Shown here: in pieces, positions 47,430-56,244 of the stretch | Position numbering within the stretch: the first letter of the stretch is position 1 | Layout: each line of letters opens with the position of its first letter | Assembly: GCA_023246355.1 (NCBI GenBank) | Contig: JAHFIQ010000003.1 | Span: 13,968-77,967 of the forward strand | Direction: 5' to 3' | DNA from: Candidatus Uhrbacteria bacterium | GTDB taxonomy: Bacteria; Patescibacteriota; Patescibacteriia; UBA9934; GWF2-40-263 | Length of the DNA stretch: 64,000 nt | Program-made: the position numbers and the translations under genes | Notes under the pieces: generated by a model | Database searches by the model: none | The model's input: the letters and a program-made list of their open reading frames with translations, nothing else | Told to the model about the DNA's origin: nothing

Positions 47430-49252
47430 TCGCAGAAGTGTATCCTCTCAAGCGCATGAGCAGAGGGTTGTCTGCGTTTGATTATCTCATCCCTGAAGTC
47501 TTGCAGATCCAGCGCGGAATGTTCGTCACCATTCCCTACCGTCGATCTACCGTGAACGGGATTGTCAAGAGAGTGAAAGATAAACCTGTCCGGGGCATCA
47601 CGCTCAAATCGATCGACTCGATCTATGCGGGCGTACATCTGAGAGAGGAAGAGCTCTCTTTTTTTGAATCACTTGCTCAGGATCTTTTTCAGTCCCCGGC
47701 GACCGTTCTATTCAGTGCCTTCCCCCAGCTCCCAAAAAAAGAAGACGCACTGAACGTCTCACCTTCTTTTTCTTGGCTTCCCCTCACCCTCCCGAGATCT
47801 GAAGCAGAAACCATTGTGCGACTGGTCACACAATTAAAAGAACGATCCAAGGCTTTCGTGCAGACTCCGGACATTCGCCGATGTACAGCCCTTATTCTTG
47901 GCTACATACAGGGGACAGAAAAACAAAAGGTCCTGCTCCTTGCACCAACGCTTCGGGACGTAGAACAGATTCGATCACATCTTTCTGGTCTTGAACCGTT
48001 CGTCATCACCGGTGAGGAGACATCCATCGAGAGATTCAAACGCTGGAAGGCGTTTCATGGCGCTTCCTCGGGTCTCATGCTAGGAACACGCACAGCCGGT
48101 CTCATGATGGATTCCACTATCACTACTATTTTTCTTGTGCGATCGGGCGACGTGAACCACAAACAAGAGGACCGAAACCCACGCATCGACCTGCGTGAAC
48201 TCGCGTGGAACGTTCATGAACAATTTTCTGCGAATCTTTTTTGCTTGGATGTTGTCGCGCGTCCACAAACCTTTTCTCGTTTCTCTCCTGCGGAAATCCT
48301 CGGCTGGCCCATGACCTCCAAGGCCCAGGTCATTGACATTAACAAGGACCCACAGGGCCGGCATCGATCCATCACCTACCAAGCTGAGCAGTTGATTCAG
48401 GAAAGAATCGCCCAGGGTCGTGTGCTTATCGTTCACCAGCAAAAAGGCATCGCCAAGTTGATCCTCTGTCATGCATGTGGACATCGTCCCCTGTGTCCAA
48501 CCTGTGAGACATCCCTTACGGCTTTTTCCCACACGCTCTCGTGTGCCATGTGTCACCACAAGGAGCCGATGATTCTTCGCTGTCCAGAGTGTCAAAGCAC
48601 AGAGCTCATTCGCGTGGGTCCTGGGAATCAAGAAGTCGCTCAGGAGGTCAAAAAACTTTTTCCTGACTCTTCCGTTTCCATTGTTGATCGTGATCATCCT
48701 TCTGATGACGGAGCAAGGATCGTGATCGTCACCTCATTTTTTCTCGAGCAAGTATATGATCCTTTTCGACCTGGATCTTTTTCTCTGGTGCTCCTCACAA
48801 ATGCTGACACCCCGCTCTATGGCGATCACCCATCGGCCTTGGAATCGCTGACCCACGAGCTTTGGCAATGGCGATGGCTTGCCCACACAGCTCATGCAAC
48901 CTTTCTTGTGCAAACCGGGAGTCCGTCTCTCATCCTGAAAGCGCTTGAGGACACAGAAACGCTCCTGAAAGAAGACCTTGCCTCTCGCGAGTTCTATCAT
49001 CTTCCACCTTTTTATCAGTGGCTGCGGATCACTCTCAAAGAAGATGAACCGCACAAGGCACAGCTTGAGATGACGCAGCTCAAACAGCGACTCAGTGAGA
49101 TTCCCGATGTTCGATTTGGAGCGCTCACGACCCTTCCACACGAGGGAGTCGCTCTTGAGTTCGGCGTCCCCACGCAGGAAAAGAAACGACTGCACGCTCT
49201 CTTCACGTCCCTTCCCGATCGCTATATCATTGACACAGGACTCTTTTCTTAG
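47426..49252 (+). CDS. priA: primosomal protein N' (PriA)-like, with degenerate helicase motifs
   Basis: PriA-type N-terminal 3'-DNA-binding domain and the 4xCxxC zinc-binding insertion (CHACGHRPLCPTC...CAMCHH...CPECQS). No Walker A GxGKT and no DEAH box seen by eye. Confidence 0.6.
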   Translation: MIAEVYPLKRMSRGLSAFDYLIPEVLQIQRGMFVTIPYRRSTVNGIVKRVKDKPVRGITLKSIDSIYAGVHLREEELSFFESLAQDLFQSPATVLFSAFPQLPKKEDALNVSPSFSWLPLTLPRSEAETIVRLVTQLKERSKAFVQTPDIRRCTALILGYIQGTEKQKVLLLAPTLRDVEQIRSHLSGLEPFVITGEETSIERFKRWKAFHGASSGLMLGTRTAGLMMDSTITTIFLVRSGDVNHKQEDRNPRIDLRELAWNVHEQFSANLFCLDVVARPQTFSRFSPAEILGWPMTSKAQVIDINKDPQGRHRSITYQAEQLIQERIAQGRVLIVHQQKGIAKLILCHACGHRPLCPTCETSLTAFSHTLSCAMCHHKEPMILRCPECQSTELIRVGPGNQEVAQEVKKLFPDSSVSIVDRDHPSDDGARIVIVTSFFLEQVYDPFRPGSFSLVLLTNADTPLYGDHPSALESLTHELWQWRWLAHTAHATFLVQTGSPSLILKALEDTETLLKEDLASREFYHLPPFYQWLRITLKEDEPHKAQLEMTQLKQRLSEIPDVRFGALTTLPHEGVALEFGVPTQEKKRLHALFTSLPDRYIIDTGLFS

Positions 49253-49267
49253 TATCCTGATCCTCCT

Positions 49268-49738
49268 ATGACCCTTCGCGCCGTGCTCAAAAATCCCAAT
49301 GATCGCCTTCGCAAGAAAGCGAAGTCTGTTTCCGCTGAGGACATCCCATCCCCTGAGGTCCAGAATCTGATTGATGATCTCATCGAGACCATGATGGTCG
49401 AGAACGGAGTTGGGATTGCTTCAACGCAAATCGGATCAGACAAACGCATCATTATTGTTGACGTGGATGGAGTCTTACCGCTTATCAATCCCGAAATTGT
49501 GGGGAAGTCCGTCCGTAGAATCGAATTTGAAGAAGGCTGTCTTTCTGTTCCGGGCGTCACTGGCATTGTCAAACGCCACAGAGAGGTCAAACTGAAAGCC
49601 TTTGATCGAAACGGAAAACCGCTCACCATCAAAGCCAAAGGGCTTCTCGCAATCGTCCTCCAACATGAAACAGACCATCTCGACGGCATCTTGTTCATTG
49701 ATAAAGTCATCCGCTACACCAACCCTCCACGCATGTGA
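49268..49738 (+). CDS. def: peptide deformylase
   Basis: Motifs GIGIASTQIG, EGCLSVPG, HETDHLDG. Confidence 0.9.
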   Translation: MTLRAVLKNPNDRLRKKAKSVSAEDIPSPEVQNLIDDLIETMMVENGVGIASTQIGSDKRIIIVDVDGVLPLINPEIVGKSVRRIEFEEGCLSVPGVTGIVKRHREVKLKAFDRNGKPLTIKAKGLLAIVLQHETDHLDGILFIDKVIRYTNPPRM

Positions 49739-50682
49739 AGATCGTTTTTTTTGGAACCCCGGAGTTCTCAATCCCCTTTCTTCAAGCTCTCATCGACGAT
49801 CCTGAAACGGAAATCGTTGGTGTTGTGACTCAACCAGACAAACCGGTTGGACGCGGGGGTGAGGTGCAGGCATCGCCTGTGAAAACCCTTGCCCTTTCAC
49901 ACCACCTCCAGGTTTTCACGCCAACGTCTTTAAAAACGGATCCGAAGATTTTAGACGCGCTCCGATATTTGAACGCTGATCTCTTTGTCGTGGTCGCGTA
50001 CGGTAAACTCATTCCGCAATCCATTCTGGATATTCCTCCACACGGCGTGATCAATGTTCATCCATCTCTGTTGCCGGCGTATCGTGGGCCTTCTCCCATG
50101 CAGTGGGCGATAGCGCAGGGCGATGTGTTTACCGGTGTGACGATCATGCTGTTAGATGCTGGTATGGATACCGGACCAATTCTTTCGTTTGAGCGAATCG
50201 ATCTAGGTGCGGAGGAAACGTACACAACCCTCTCACAAAAAGTTGAAACAACCGGATCGCGACTGCTTCTTTCCACACTCAAGCGTCACATGGCAGGTGA
50301 AATCATTCCCCTCCTTCAGGACAACACCAAAGCCACGATCACAAGACTCCTCGATCGCGAAGATGGCCACGTCAGCTGGTCAGAACCGATGGAAGTAACC
50401 GAGCGCAAATCTCGTGCCTACGGTGAGTGGCCTGGGTTGTGGTCGATCTGGCAGAGAAGTCCAGACGAACAGATTCGCCTTAAACTTTTGTCTGTTCGCC
50501 CGTCTGATTTTCATGCTGAGCTGTCTCCAGGATCGGTTACGGTCAAAGATGGTCGTCTGTTCGTCGATTGCGGAAATGGGACACTGGAGATTCTGGAGAT
50601 TCAACCAGAGGGAAAAGCAAAAATGAGCGCAAAGGCTTTCCTTCAGGGGAACCGAGAGATTCAGAATGCTCGTCTGGCCTAA
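49735..50682 (+). CDS. fmt: methionyl-tRNA formyltransferase
   Basis: N-terminal formyltransferase fold (VINVHPSLLPAYRGPSPMQWAI) and C-terminal domain. 4-nt overlap with def. Confidence 0.9.
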   Translation: MKIVFFGTPEFSIPFLQALIDDPETEIVGVVTQPDKPVGRGGEVQASPVKTLALSHHLQVFTPTSLKTDPKILDALRYLNADLFVVVAYGKLIPQSILDIPPHGVINVHPSLLPAYRGPSPMQWAIAQGDVFTGVTIMLLDAGMDTGPILSFERIDLGAEETYTTLSQKVETTGSRLLLSTLKRHMAGEIIPLLQDNTKATITRLLDREDGHVSWSEPMEVTERKSRAYGEWPGLWSIWQRSPDEQIRLKLLSVRPSDFHAELSPGSVTVKDGRLFVDCGNGTLEILEIQPEGKAKMSAKAFLQGNREIQNARLA

Positions 50683-50770
50683 AATCATAAAAAAACAGCC
50701 GCAACGGTAGACAAATGGACCCTCGCTACGGCGGCGGTCCTTTTCAATTGGTGAATGAAATTTCGTCTCT

Positions 50771-50810
50771 TGTAGATGTCTACGACTTTTCGTACGTACG
50801 AAATTTTGTT
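50771..50810. repeat. left flank repeat of the Cas2-like gene: TGTAGATGTCTACGACTTTTCGTACGTACGAAATTTTGTTGTCA
   Basis: Contains perfect palindrome TTCGTACGTACGAA (50789-50802). Direct repeat of 51349-51390. Confidence 0.6.
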
Positions 50811-50811
50811 G

Positions 50812-51348
50812 TCATTGCCTTTTCGCAAGATACACCTCAACCCAATCTTTTATCTTTGCCATTCGCACGAACTCCTTTACCTCCCTGACAACATCTTTAT
50901 CTGTTTCCCAAACACTGTGCTGTACCTGTGAAAACCCAATTCGCTTCAAAAAATATCGAAGAGCATCTCGACCCAGGTTTCCCACTCTTGGAACATCATA
51001 CATAACAAGGCACACTTTTCCATCTGAAAGCATCTCTTTTTCCAAGACAATACGTTTCATAAGCTCCACCCGTCCCTCACCAGATAATTCATACAGCAAG
51101 CCTTCTTGGGTTTTTTTCGTCCTGATCAGATTCTTGCAGCGCAAATAGCTAACTCTTTTTTGAAATGCTCGCCGCTCCTCAAGACGGATTTCTGCCAGAC
51201 GATCTTCAGGATCAAGCCGATAAGGTTTATGGCTCGCCCACACCTCAAACATTTCACCTGCCTCGACGGCAGCATCCTCCAACAGACGCAACAATCGTGT
51301 AGTAGCTTCTCTCCCTTTCGACGCTCTGTTGCTTTGTTTCTTTTTCAC
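50812..51348 (-). CDS. protein with N-terminal wHTH-like region and C-terminal Cas2/VapD-like domain (solo; GTG start)
   Basis: C-terminal LVMYDVPRVGNLGRDALRYFLKRIGFSQVQHSVWETDKDVVREVKEF follows the Cas2 core pattern (beta1 xVxYDV with Asp, R..L.R...yG.RvQ.SVfE). N-terminal ~95 aa is basic/helical (LIRTKKTQEGLLYELSGEGRVELMKR). No CRISPR array or cas1 in the window. Confidence 0.55.
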   Translation of the reverse strand: MKKKQSNRASKGREATTRLLRLLEDAAVEAGEMFEVWASHKPYRLDPEDRLAEIRLEERRAFQKRVSYLRCKNLIRTKKTQEGLLYELSGEGRVELMKRIVLEKEMLSDGKVCLVMYDVPRVGNLGRDALRYFLKRIGFSQVQHSVWETDKDVVREVKEFVRMAKIKDWVEVYLAKRQ

Positions 51349-51390
51349 ATGTCTACATTATTCCGTACGTACGAAAATCTGTCGACAGTA
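51349..51390. repeat. right flank repeat of the Cas2-like gene: CATGTCTACATTATTCCGTACGTACGAAAATCTGTCGACAGT
   Basis: Palindromic core CGTACGTACG (51364-51373) plus TGTCGACA (51380-51387). Lies in the promoter region of the minus-strand gene. Confidence 0.6.
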
Positions 51391-51426
51391 TGGGTCCGAC
51401 AAAATGCAAACGAAACGTTCTTTAGC

Positions 51427-52953
51427 TCATGATACGTTGATGTCACTCGTCAGCACGGAAACCTGCTGTCTGCCAAGATTCAATGGAACAGAAACCCCAA
51501 CCACAGCCTCGGCTGGTTTTTTGGTTGGGAGGAACGGGACAAGGAATAATAGATAGCCAAGCCCGATGGGATGATTCAGATAGGGCGAGAAAAAGTGCGT
51601 GGCAAAGATAAACACCAGGCCGCTCATGAGACCAAATCCAAGCCAGGCCTGTTCAGTCCAACGGTAAGCCCACAGGCGTTTGAGGAGCTCCCAGGCAGCG
51701 TACAGGAACGCAGCAGGGCCGAGGATCCCCATTTTGATCCACAGCTCAAACCAACCCCATTCCATGGAAGACGTCGTCCACGTTCCATCGGGGTGAATTT
51801 CCCGCACACGTGGATCGTCTGTGACGAATGTGACAGAGGCACCGAATCCGTGACCGGTAAGTGGACGTTCAAAAATTTTGTTGACCATGGGCGTCAGCAA
51901 TTTCCATCGACTTGATATGGCTACGTCATCTGAGTCTGTGGTTCGTTCTTTCAGGGTGAGCGCAAGATCGGATCCTGTGAGGTCCTGTGAGGGAACAGAA
52001 CATAGGATCACCAGAGCAATCAGAAAGATCGATACGATCCCGACGGACAACGCTGAACCGACAAATTTGAACGATTGTTTCAGCGTCGGCCGCAATTGTC
52101 GCCAAAGGAGGATCAAAAGAAACAGCACTGTTGGAACAAGTCCAACCCAAAAGCTGCGTGAGAGGGCCAGAATGATCGTTGAAATGATAAGGCTCCCAAG
52201 CAGCATCAAACGGCGATCACGCTTGAAAACCAGAAACGACGTCAGCAACAATCCAAAAATGATCACAAAAACCTGCGACTGAATGAAGACGCGATAGACT
52301 CCATGCCCCAGGCTGGTAATCTCGGCCACACGAAGGTCGCGAAAAAAATAATACGTCGCCTGCAGGACACTCTCTCCAAAGTGAGTGAAGATATACAGCA
52401 GGATAAGCGACAAAGACGAAATCCAAATCGCTCCGGCAGCGAGAACTTGAATCAGCTCACCACGTCGAGTCATGTTCCAATCAACACTCAATATTGGAAG
52501 CAGATAAAACAAATACAAATAGGCGTTTCCATCCCCGAAGACCACGGCAGGATCACGACTGAGAACCCCAACGATCAGGCCAAGGGTCGCAGCAAGAATG
52601 AGGAGATAATAAATTTTCGCGATCTCTCCTTTGTGCTCAAGCCAATACTTTTTGGTGAGCACGCCCATCCCCCACCCCAGCATCACACCAACAAAAATGG
52701 CCATGCGCAGCGTGAGCGAAAAACCGCCGACGATGTGAGTGAGCAAAACGCCATGTGGATTTGAAAACAGTTCGATGAAGACCAGAAGCAGGGCGTGATC
52801 CAAGCGTTTGTACGCAAGGATTGAGCTTCCTGCAACAAGTCCCAACAGGATCATACCGTCCACGTCTGAGTCATACCCAACAAGCGCGAGTCCATACAAG
52901 ATCGCCATCACAGCGATGGCTCTCCAGAATGTCGATCCGAAAAATTGACTCAT
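51427..52953 (-). CDS. O-antigen ligase/polymerase-like (Wzy_C domain) polytopic membrane protein
   Basis: 508 aa, about 12 TM helices with a large periplasmic loop. General Wzy/WaaL architecture; assignment by topology only. Confidence 0.5.
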   Translation of the reverse strand: MSQFFGSTFWRAIAVMAILYGLALVGYDSDVDGMILLGLVAGSSILAYKRLDHALLLVFIELFSNPHGVLLTHIVGGFSLTLRMAIFVGVMLGWGMGVLTKKYWLEHKGEIAKIYYLLILAATLGLIVGVLSRDPAVVFGDGNAYLYLFYLLPILSVDWNMTRRGELIQVLAAGAIWISSLSLILLYIFTHFGESVLQATYYFFRDLRVAEITSLGHGVYRVFIQSQVFVIIFGLLLTSFLVFKRDRRLMLLGSLIISTIILALSRSFWVGLVPTVLFLLILLWRQLRPTLKQSFKFVGSALSVGIVSIFLIALVILCSVPSQDLTGSDLALTLKERTTDSDDVAISSRWKLLTPMVNKIFERPLTGHGFGASVTFVTDDPRVREIHPDGTWTTSSMEWGWFELWIKMGILGPAAFLYAAWELLKRLWAYRWTEQAWLGFGLMSGLVFIFATHFFSPYLNHPIGLGYLLFLVPFLPTKKPAEAVVGVSVPLNLGRQQVSVLTSDINVS

Positions 52954-53657
52954 AGGTGATGTTTTTCCTCAATGATTCTTCGAGCCTCTTCAAACGCCTT
53001 CACTGCCTTTGGTGTCCATCCAAGTCTCTTCCACGGAATCCGATACATAAACGACGGCAGCCACTGTGAGATTCCGCGTCGTCCGTGATCCTGCTGTACG
53101 GTGAACAGAAAGGCATCAACAAAAATGCCTGTATGTCCTTGCTCTAACATCGTAAGCCATAGGTCCCAATCCTGAAAACGTTTGAGAGACACATCGAATC
53201 CCGGAAAATGCTCGCGTCGAATGAGTGACATCGTGTTCACATAGTTATTCTCTCGCAGAGCGACTGGATCAAATAGTCGTGAGGCAAATCGTTTTCGTCC
53301 CCAGAAAAAGCTTGAATACGCATACGAAGCCTCAGGATGAATTTCAAGAGTCTTCTCAAGCTCTGCAAGCATCGTCGGCTCAGCCACAACATCAGCGTCA
53401 CAAAAAAGCAAGAACGAGCCTGTTGATCTGGCAAAGCCAGCCATACGAGCAGCTGGCGCGCCTTCATTATCCTGATAATCAATATACGTGATCTCATCAA
53501 GATACGGTACAAGCCGTTTGTACGTGTCGTCTGTTGATCCATTGTTGACGACGATGATTTCATCGGGCTTTCGCGTCTGCTCAAACAAGGAATGAAGACA
53601 ATCGACGATCGTCTTGCCATGTTGATACGTCGGAATGATAACCGAGATCCCTGTCAT
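52950..53657 (-). CDS. family 2 glycosyltransferase
   Basis: ISVIIPTYQHGKTIVDCLHSL...DEIIVVNNGSTD, DxD-like FCDADV. Confidence 0.85.
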   Translation of the reverse strand: MTGISVIIPTYQHGKTIVDCLHSLFEQTRKPDEIIVVNNGSTDDTYKRLVPYLDEITYIDYQDNEGAPAARMAGFARSTGSFLLFCDADVVAEPTMLAELEKTLEIHPEASYAYSSFFWGRKRFASRLFDPVALRENNYVNTMSLIRREHFPGFDVSLKRFQDWDLWLTMLEQGHTGIFVDAFLFTVQQDHGRRGISQWLPSFMYRIPWKRLGWTPKAVKAFEEARRIIEEKHHL

Positions 53658-54745
53658 AGATACGGCTTCAATTTTCCAAACTGCTCCTCACACGTGAATT
53701 TCGCCGCGTGGTCGTAGGCACCCAGCCCAAGTTTGATTCGCAATTCTCTGTTGCGCGAAAGCTCGAGGATCGCTTGAGCAAGACCCTCCACGTTTTGATC
53801 TGGCAGTACAATCCCTGTCTCCTGGTCGATAACCGCTTCGGTCACACCTGTCACGTTTGTGGTGATGCTTGGAAGTGCGTACTGAGCTGCCTCAAGAAAC
53901 ACTAACCCAAATCCCTCCTTGTCAACGGGATCGTTTGCAACAGGCATCACAAAAACATCTGCGCTTGCATAGAACTGTCCCTTTGTCGCCTGATCAACCT
54001 GTCCGTGGAAACGCACAAGATCCTGGAGTCCAAGACCCGTGATCATTTCCTGAAGCGTCGTCTGCTCTGGTCCAGCCCCGACGATATCGTAGACGAAATT
54101 CTCAAGCAATCCTTGACGACGCAACAGAGACAAGGCGGTGAGCACCTGCGCATGGCCTTTACGTTTAATGAGTCGAGAAACGGTCAACAAATGAAACCGT
54201 CCGTCAGATGCCGGCTTGGTTGGCAGAGGCTGTGTGGGCAGGCAGGGGTAGATCACGAGCAATTCTTTCACTCCAAATACCTGTGCGACTTCTTGCGCTA
54301 GCGCCTGAGAATTTGCCACAACCACCCGAGCATTTTTGAGAACCTGTGTCGCCTGAGCCTTCTTTCGTGCCGAACGTTGTGCGAGGCGAATATCCATACC
54401 GTGCACGAACACAATGTACGGAATCTTTGTGTGTTTCATCGCGACCATGGCGGCCGTCCCAAATGGCAGCACATGACTTGTCAAAATAAGTCGATAGCGA
54501 TCTTGGTAGCTTTTCAAGATCCTGACGGTTTTATACCAACGAGGGAAAACCCATCGGTAAAGAAGTGAGGATCGGTACACCGGATAGCCAGAGACAGGAT
54601 CAACAGACTGCCACGCGCTGTTTGGCTCTGTGAGAACCTCAATGTCATCCTTGAAAAAACTGGCAAGGAGACTGAGATAACGAGCCACGCCTCCTTCCAT
54701 GGGAGGAAAGTCTGGGGTAATGAGGAGCATTTTTTTTTCGTTCAT
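53654..54745 (-). CDS. family 4 (GT-B) glycosyltransferase
   Basis: GT4 C-terminal pattern (GFGLVFLEAAQYALPSITTNVTGVTEAV) and EX7E-like motif. Confidence 0.85.
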   Translation of the reverse strand: MNEKKMLLITPDFPPMEGGVARYLSLLASFFKDDIEVLTEPNSAWQSVDPVSGYPVYRSSLLYRWVFPRWYKTVRILKSYQDRYRLILTSHVLPFGTAAMVAMKHTKIPYIVFVHGMDIRLAQRSARKKAQATQVLKNARVVVANSQALAQEVAQVFGVKELLVIYPCLPTQPLPTKPASDGRFHLLTVSRLIKRKGHAQVLTALSLLRRQGLLENFVYDIVGAGPEQTTLQEMITGLGLQDLVRFHGQVDQATKGQFYASADVFVMPVANDPVDKEGFGLVFLEAAQYALPSITTNVTGVTEAVIDQETGIVLPDQNVEGLAQAILELSRNRELRIKLGLGAYDHAAKFTCEEQFGKLKPYL

Positions 54746-56181
54746 ACCAGTGGATGAACAGCCCTGAATAAAAATCGTAGATCATCCAGACGCAACGACT
54801 TCGTAAGAAACAGAGAGAGAAGATAGACGACACCTCCCATGGGAATCACCAGCATCCAACCTACGAATGGTTTAGCGAGCACAACGATCATCAACATCAA
54901 GCACCCCGAGAAAAAAATTGGCAGGAGCGTTCGTACGAGATGCGCGAGACGAAACGTTGGAATCAATCCTGGGACAAACGAGAGCCCAGCGAGAAACATA
55001 AAACTGAAGCAGACCAGAGCGGCCCAGACCGCGCCCATAATTCCAAGTTCAGGGATGAGCAAAAAATTCAGTCCGACGTTGATGAGCATGGTGACTCCCA
55101 TGATCGCTGTTTTTGTGGCCTGGCGACCAGAGGCGTTTAAGAGACTGCCAACAGGAAAATCTAAAAAAATCGGGATGAGGACAAAGATGAGCATCGAAAG
55201 CACAGCCGCCGCATCAGCATACCCAACGCCTGCGAGCTCAACGACCTCTGGAGCAAGAGCAGAGAGACCCAGTACGATCGGTGTGGAGAGAATCGCCATG
55301 TACCAGATGCCGCGCAAAAAAATTCTCTCCAGTGCAACAGGGTCACGTCCCACAACCGAACTCATTGAAGGATACAACGCTGCCGTGAAGGCCAGAGGAA
55401 GAAATTGAAATGCATAGGTAAACTTGTACGCAAGGGCGTAGATTCCTACGGCCGTGGTATCAAGAAATTTTGAAATCAGAATCGAATCAACGTAGGAATA
55501 GGTTTTAACAAACAGGGCAGCCAACGCAAAAGGAAATGCTGCAATGAGGAGCCGGCGACTTGAAAGAGCATCAAAGGTCGGGATAAGCACCTGCATGCCA
55601 AGTCGCCTGACTACATTGAAACCAGCGACAGACACGTTTACGATTGATCCTGCCATCAGCGCCACAATCAACAGCGGCAGGGACGGTGCTTTCCACAACA
55701 CAATCCCCCCAACGATCCCCGTGGCAAATTGTCCAAAAAAAACACCAAGAGATTCATAGCGCAGCTGCTGGAATCCGCGCAGCACGCCGTAGAACAAGAG
55801 ATGTAAGGCATCCAGTGATAACACAACACAGGCAAGAGCAATGAGATGCTGAAGATGATCACTGTAGCCAAGCACACGGCCCGTCATTACAGCACCTAGT
55901 GACGCAAGAACAAGAAGGGGAAGCTTGATGGCGAGGGCCTGCGAAAGCAGTTTGGCAGCGTTTGATGGTGCCTTTGCGACTTCGCGAATCACCACGGGCG
56001 TCACACCCAAATCTGCGACCACGGTAAAGATCACGGTGATCGAGACAGCGAGGAAATACTCCCCTGTTGCCTCAGGCAGCATCACTCTTGCCACAAACAA
56101 AAAGTAGACAAAAGCAATGATCTTTTGTCCAACGGATGCCAGTGTCAAAAAGGCCGTGTTTCGAGCTACATGTTCGGTCAC
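54742..56181 (-). CDS. oligosaccharide flippase (Wzx / MOP superfamily)
   Basis: 479 aa, about 12-14 TM helices, Wzx-type N-terminus (LASVGQKIIAFVYFLFVARVMLP...GEYFLAVS). Confidence 0.8.
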   Translation of the reverse strand: MTEHVARNTAFLTLASVGQKIIAFVYFLFVARVMLPEATGEYFLAVSITVIFTVVADLGVTPVVIREVAKAPSNAAKLLSQALAIKLPLLVLASLGAVMTGRVLGYSDHLQHLIALACVVLSLDALHLLFYGVLRGFQQLRYESLGVFFGQFATGIVGGIVLWKAPSLPLLIVALMAGSIVNVSVAGFNVVRRLGMQVLIPTFDALSSRRLLIAAFPFALAALFVKTYSYVDSILISKFLDTTAVGIYALAYKFTYAFQFLPLAFTAALYPSMSSVVGRDPVALERIFLRGIWYMAILSTPIVLGLSALAPEVVELAGVGYADAAAVLSMLIFVLIPIFLDFPVGSLLNASGRQATKTAIMGVTMLINVGLNFLLIPELGIMGAVWAALVCFSFMFLAGLSFVPGLIPTFRLAHLVRTLLPIFFSGCLMLMIVVLAKPFVGWMLVIPMGGVVYLLSLFLTKSLRLDDLRFLFRAVHPLV

Positions 56182-56244
56182 AGTGCGATCATTGTAGCGG
56201 AATCAGGGGAATTATAAAACCCTGCGTTGAGAGCAGGGTAGAAG

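Noticed and set aside
50812-51348. Treating the Cas2-like gene as evidence of a CRISPR-Cas locus
   Set aside because: No cas1 or any other cas gene is present. I scanned intergenic regions for evenly spaced 25-40 bp direct repeats and found none. The only repeats nearby are the two flanking palindrome-bearing elements, which are not CRISPR-like.
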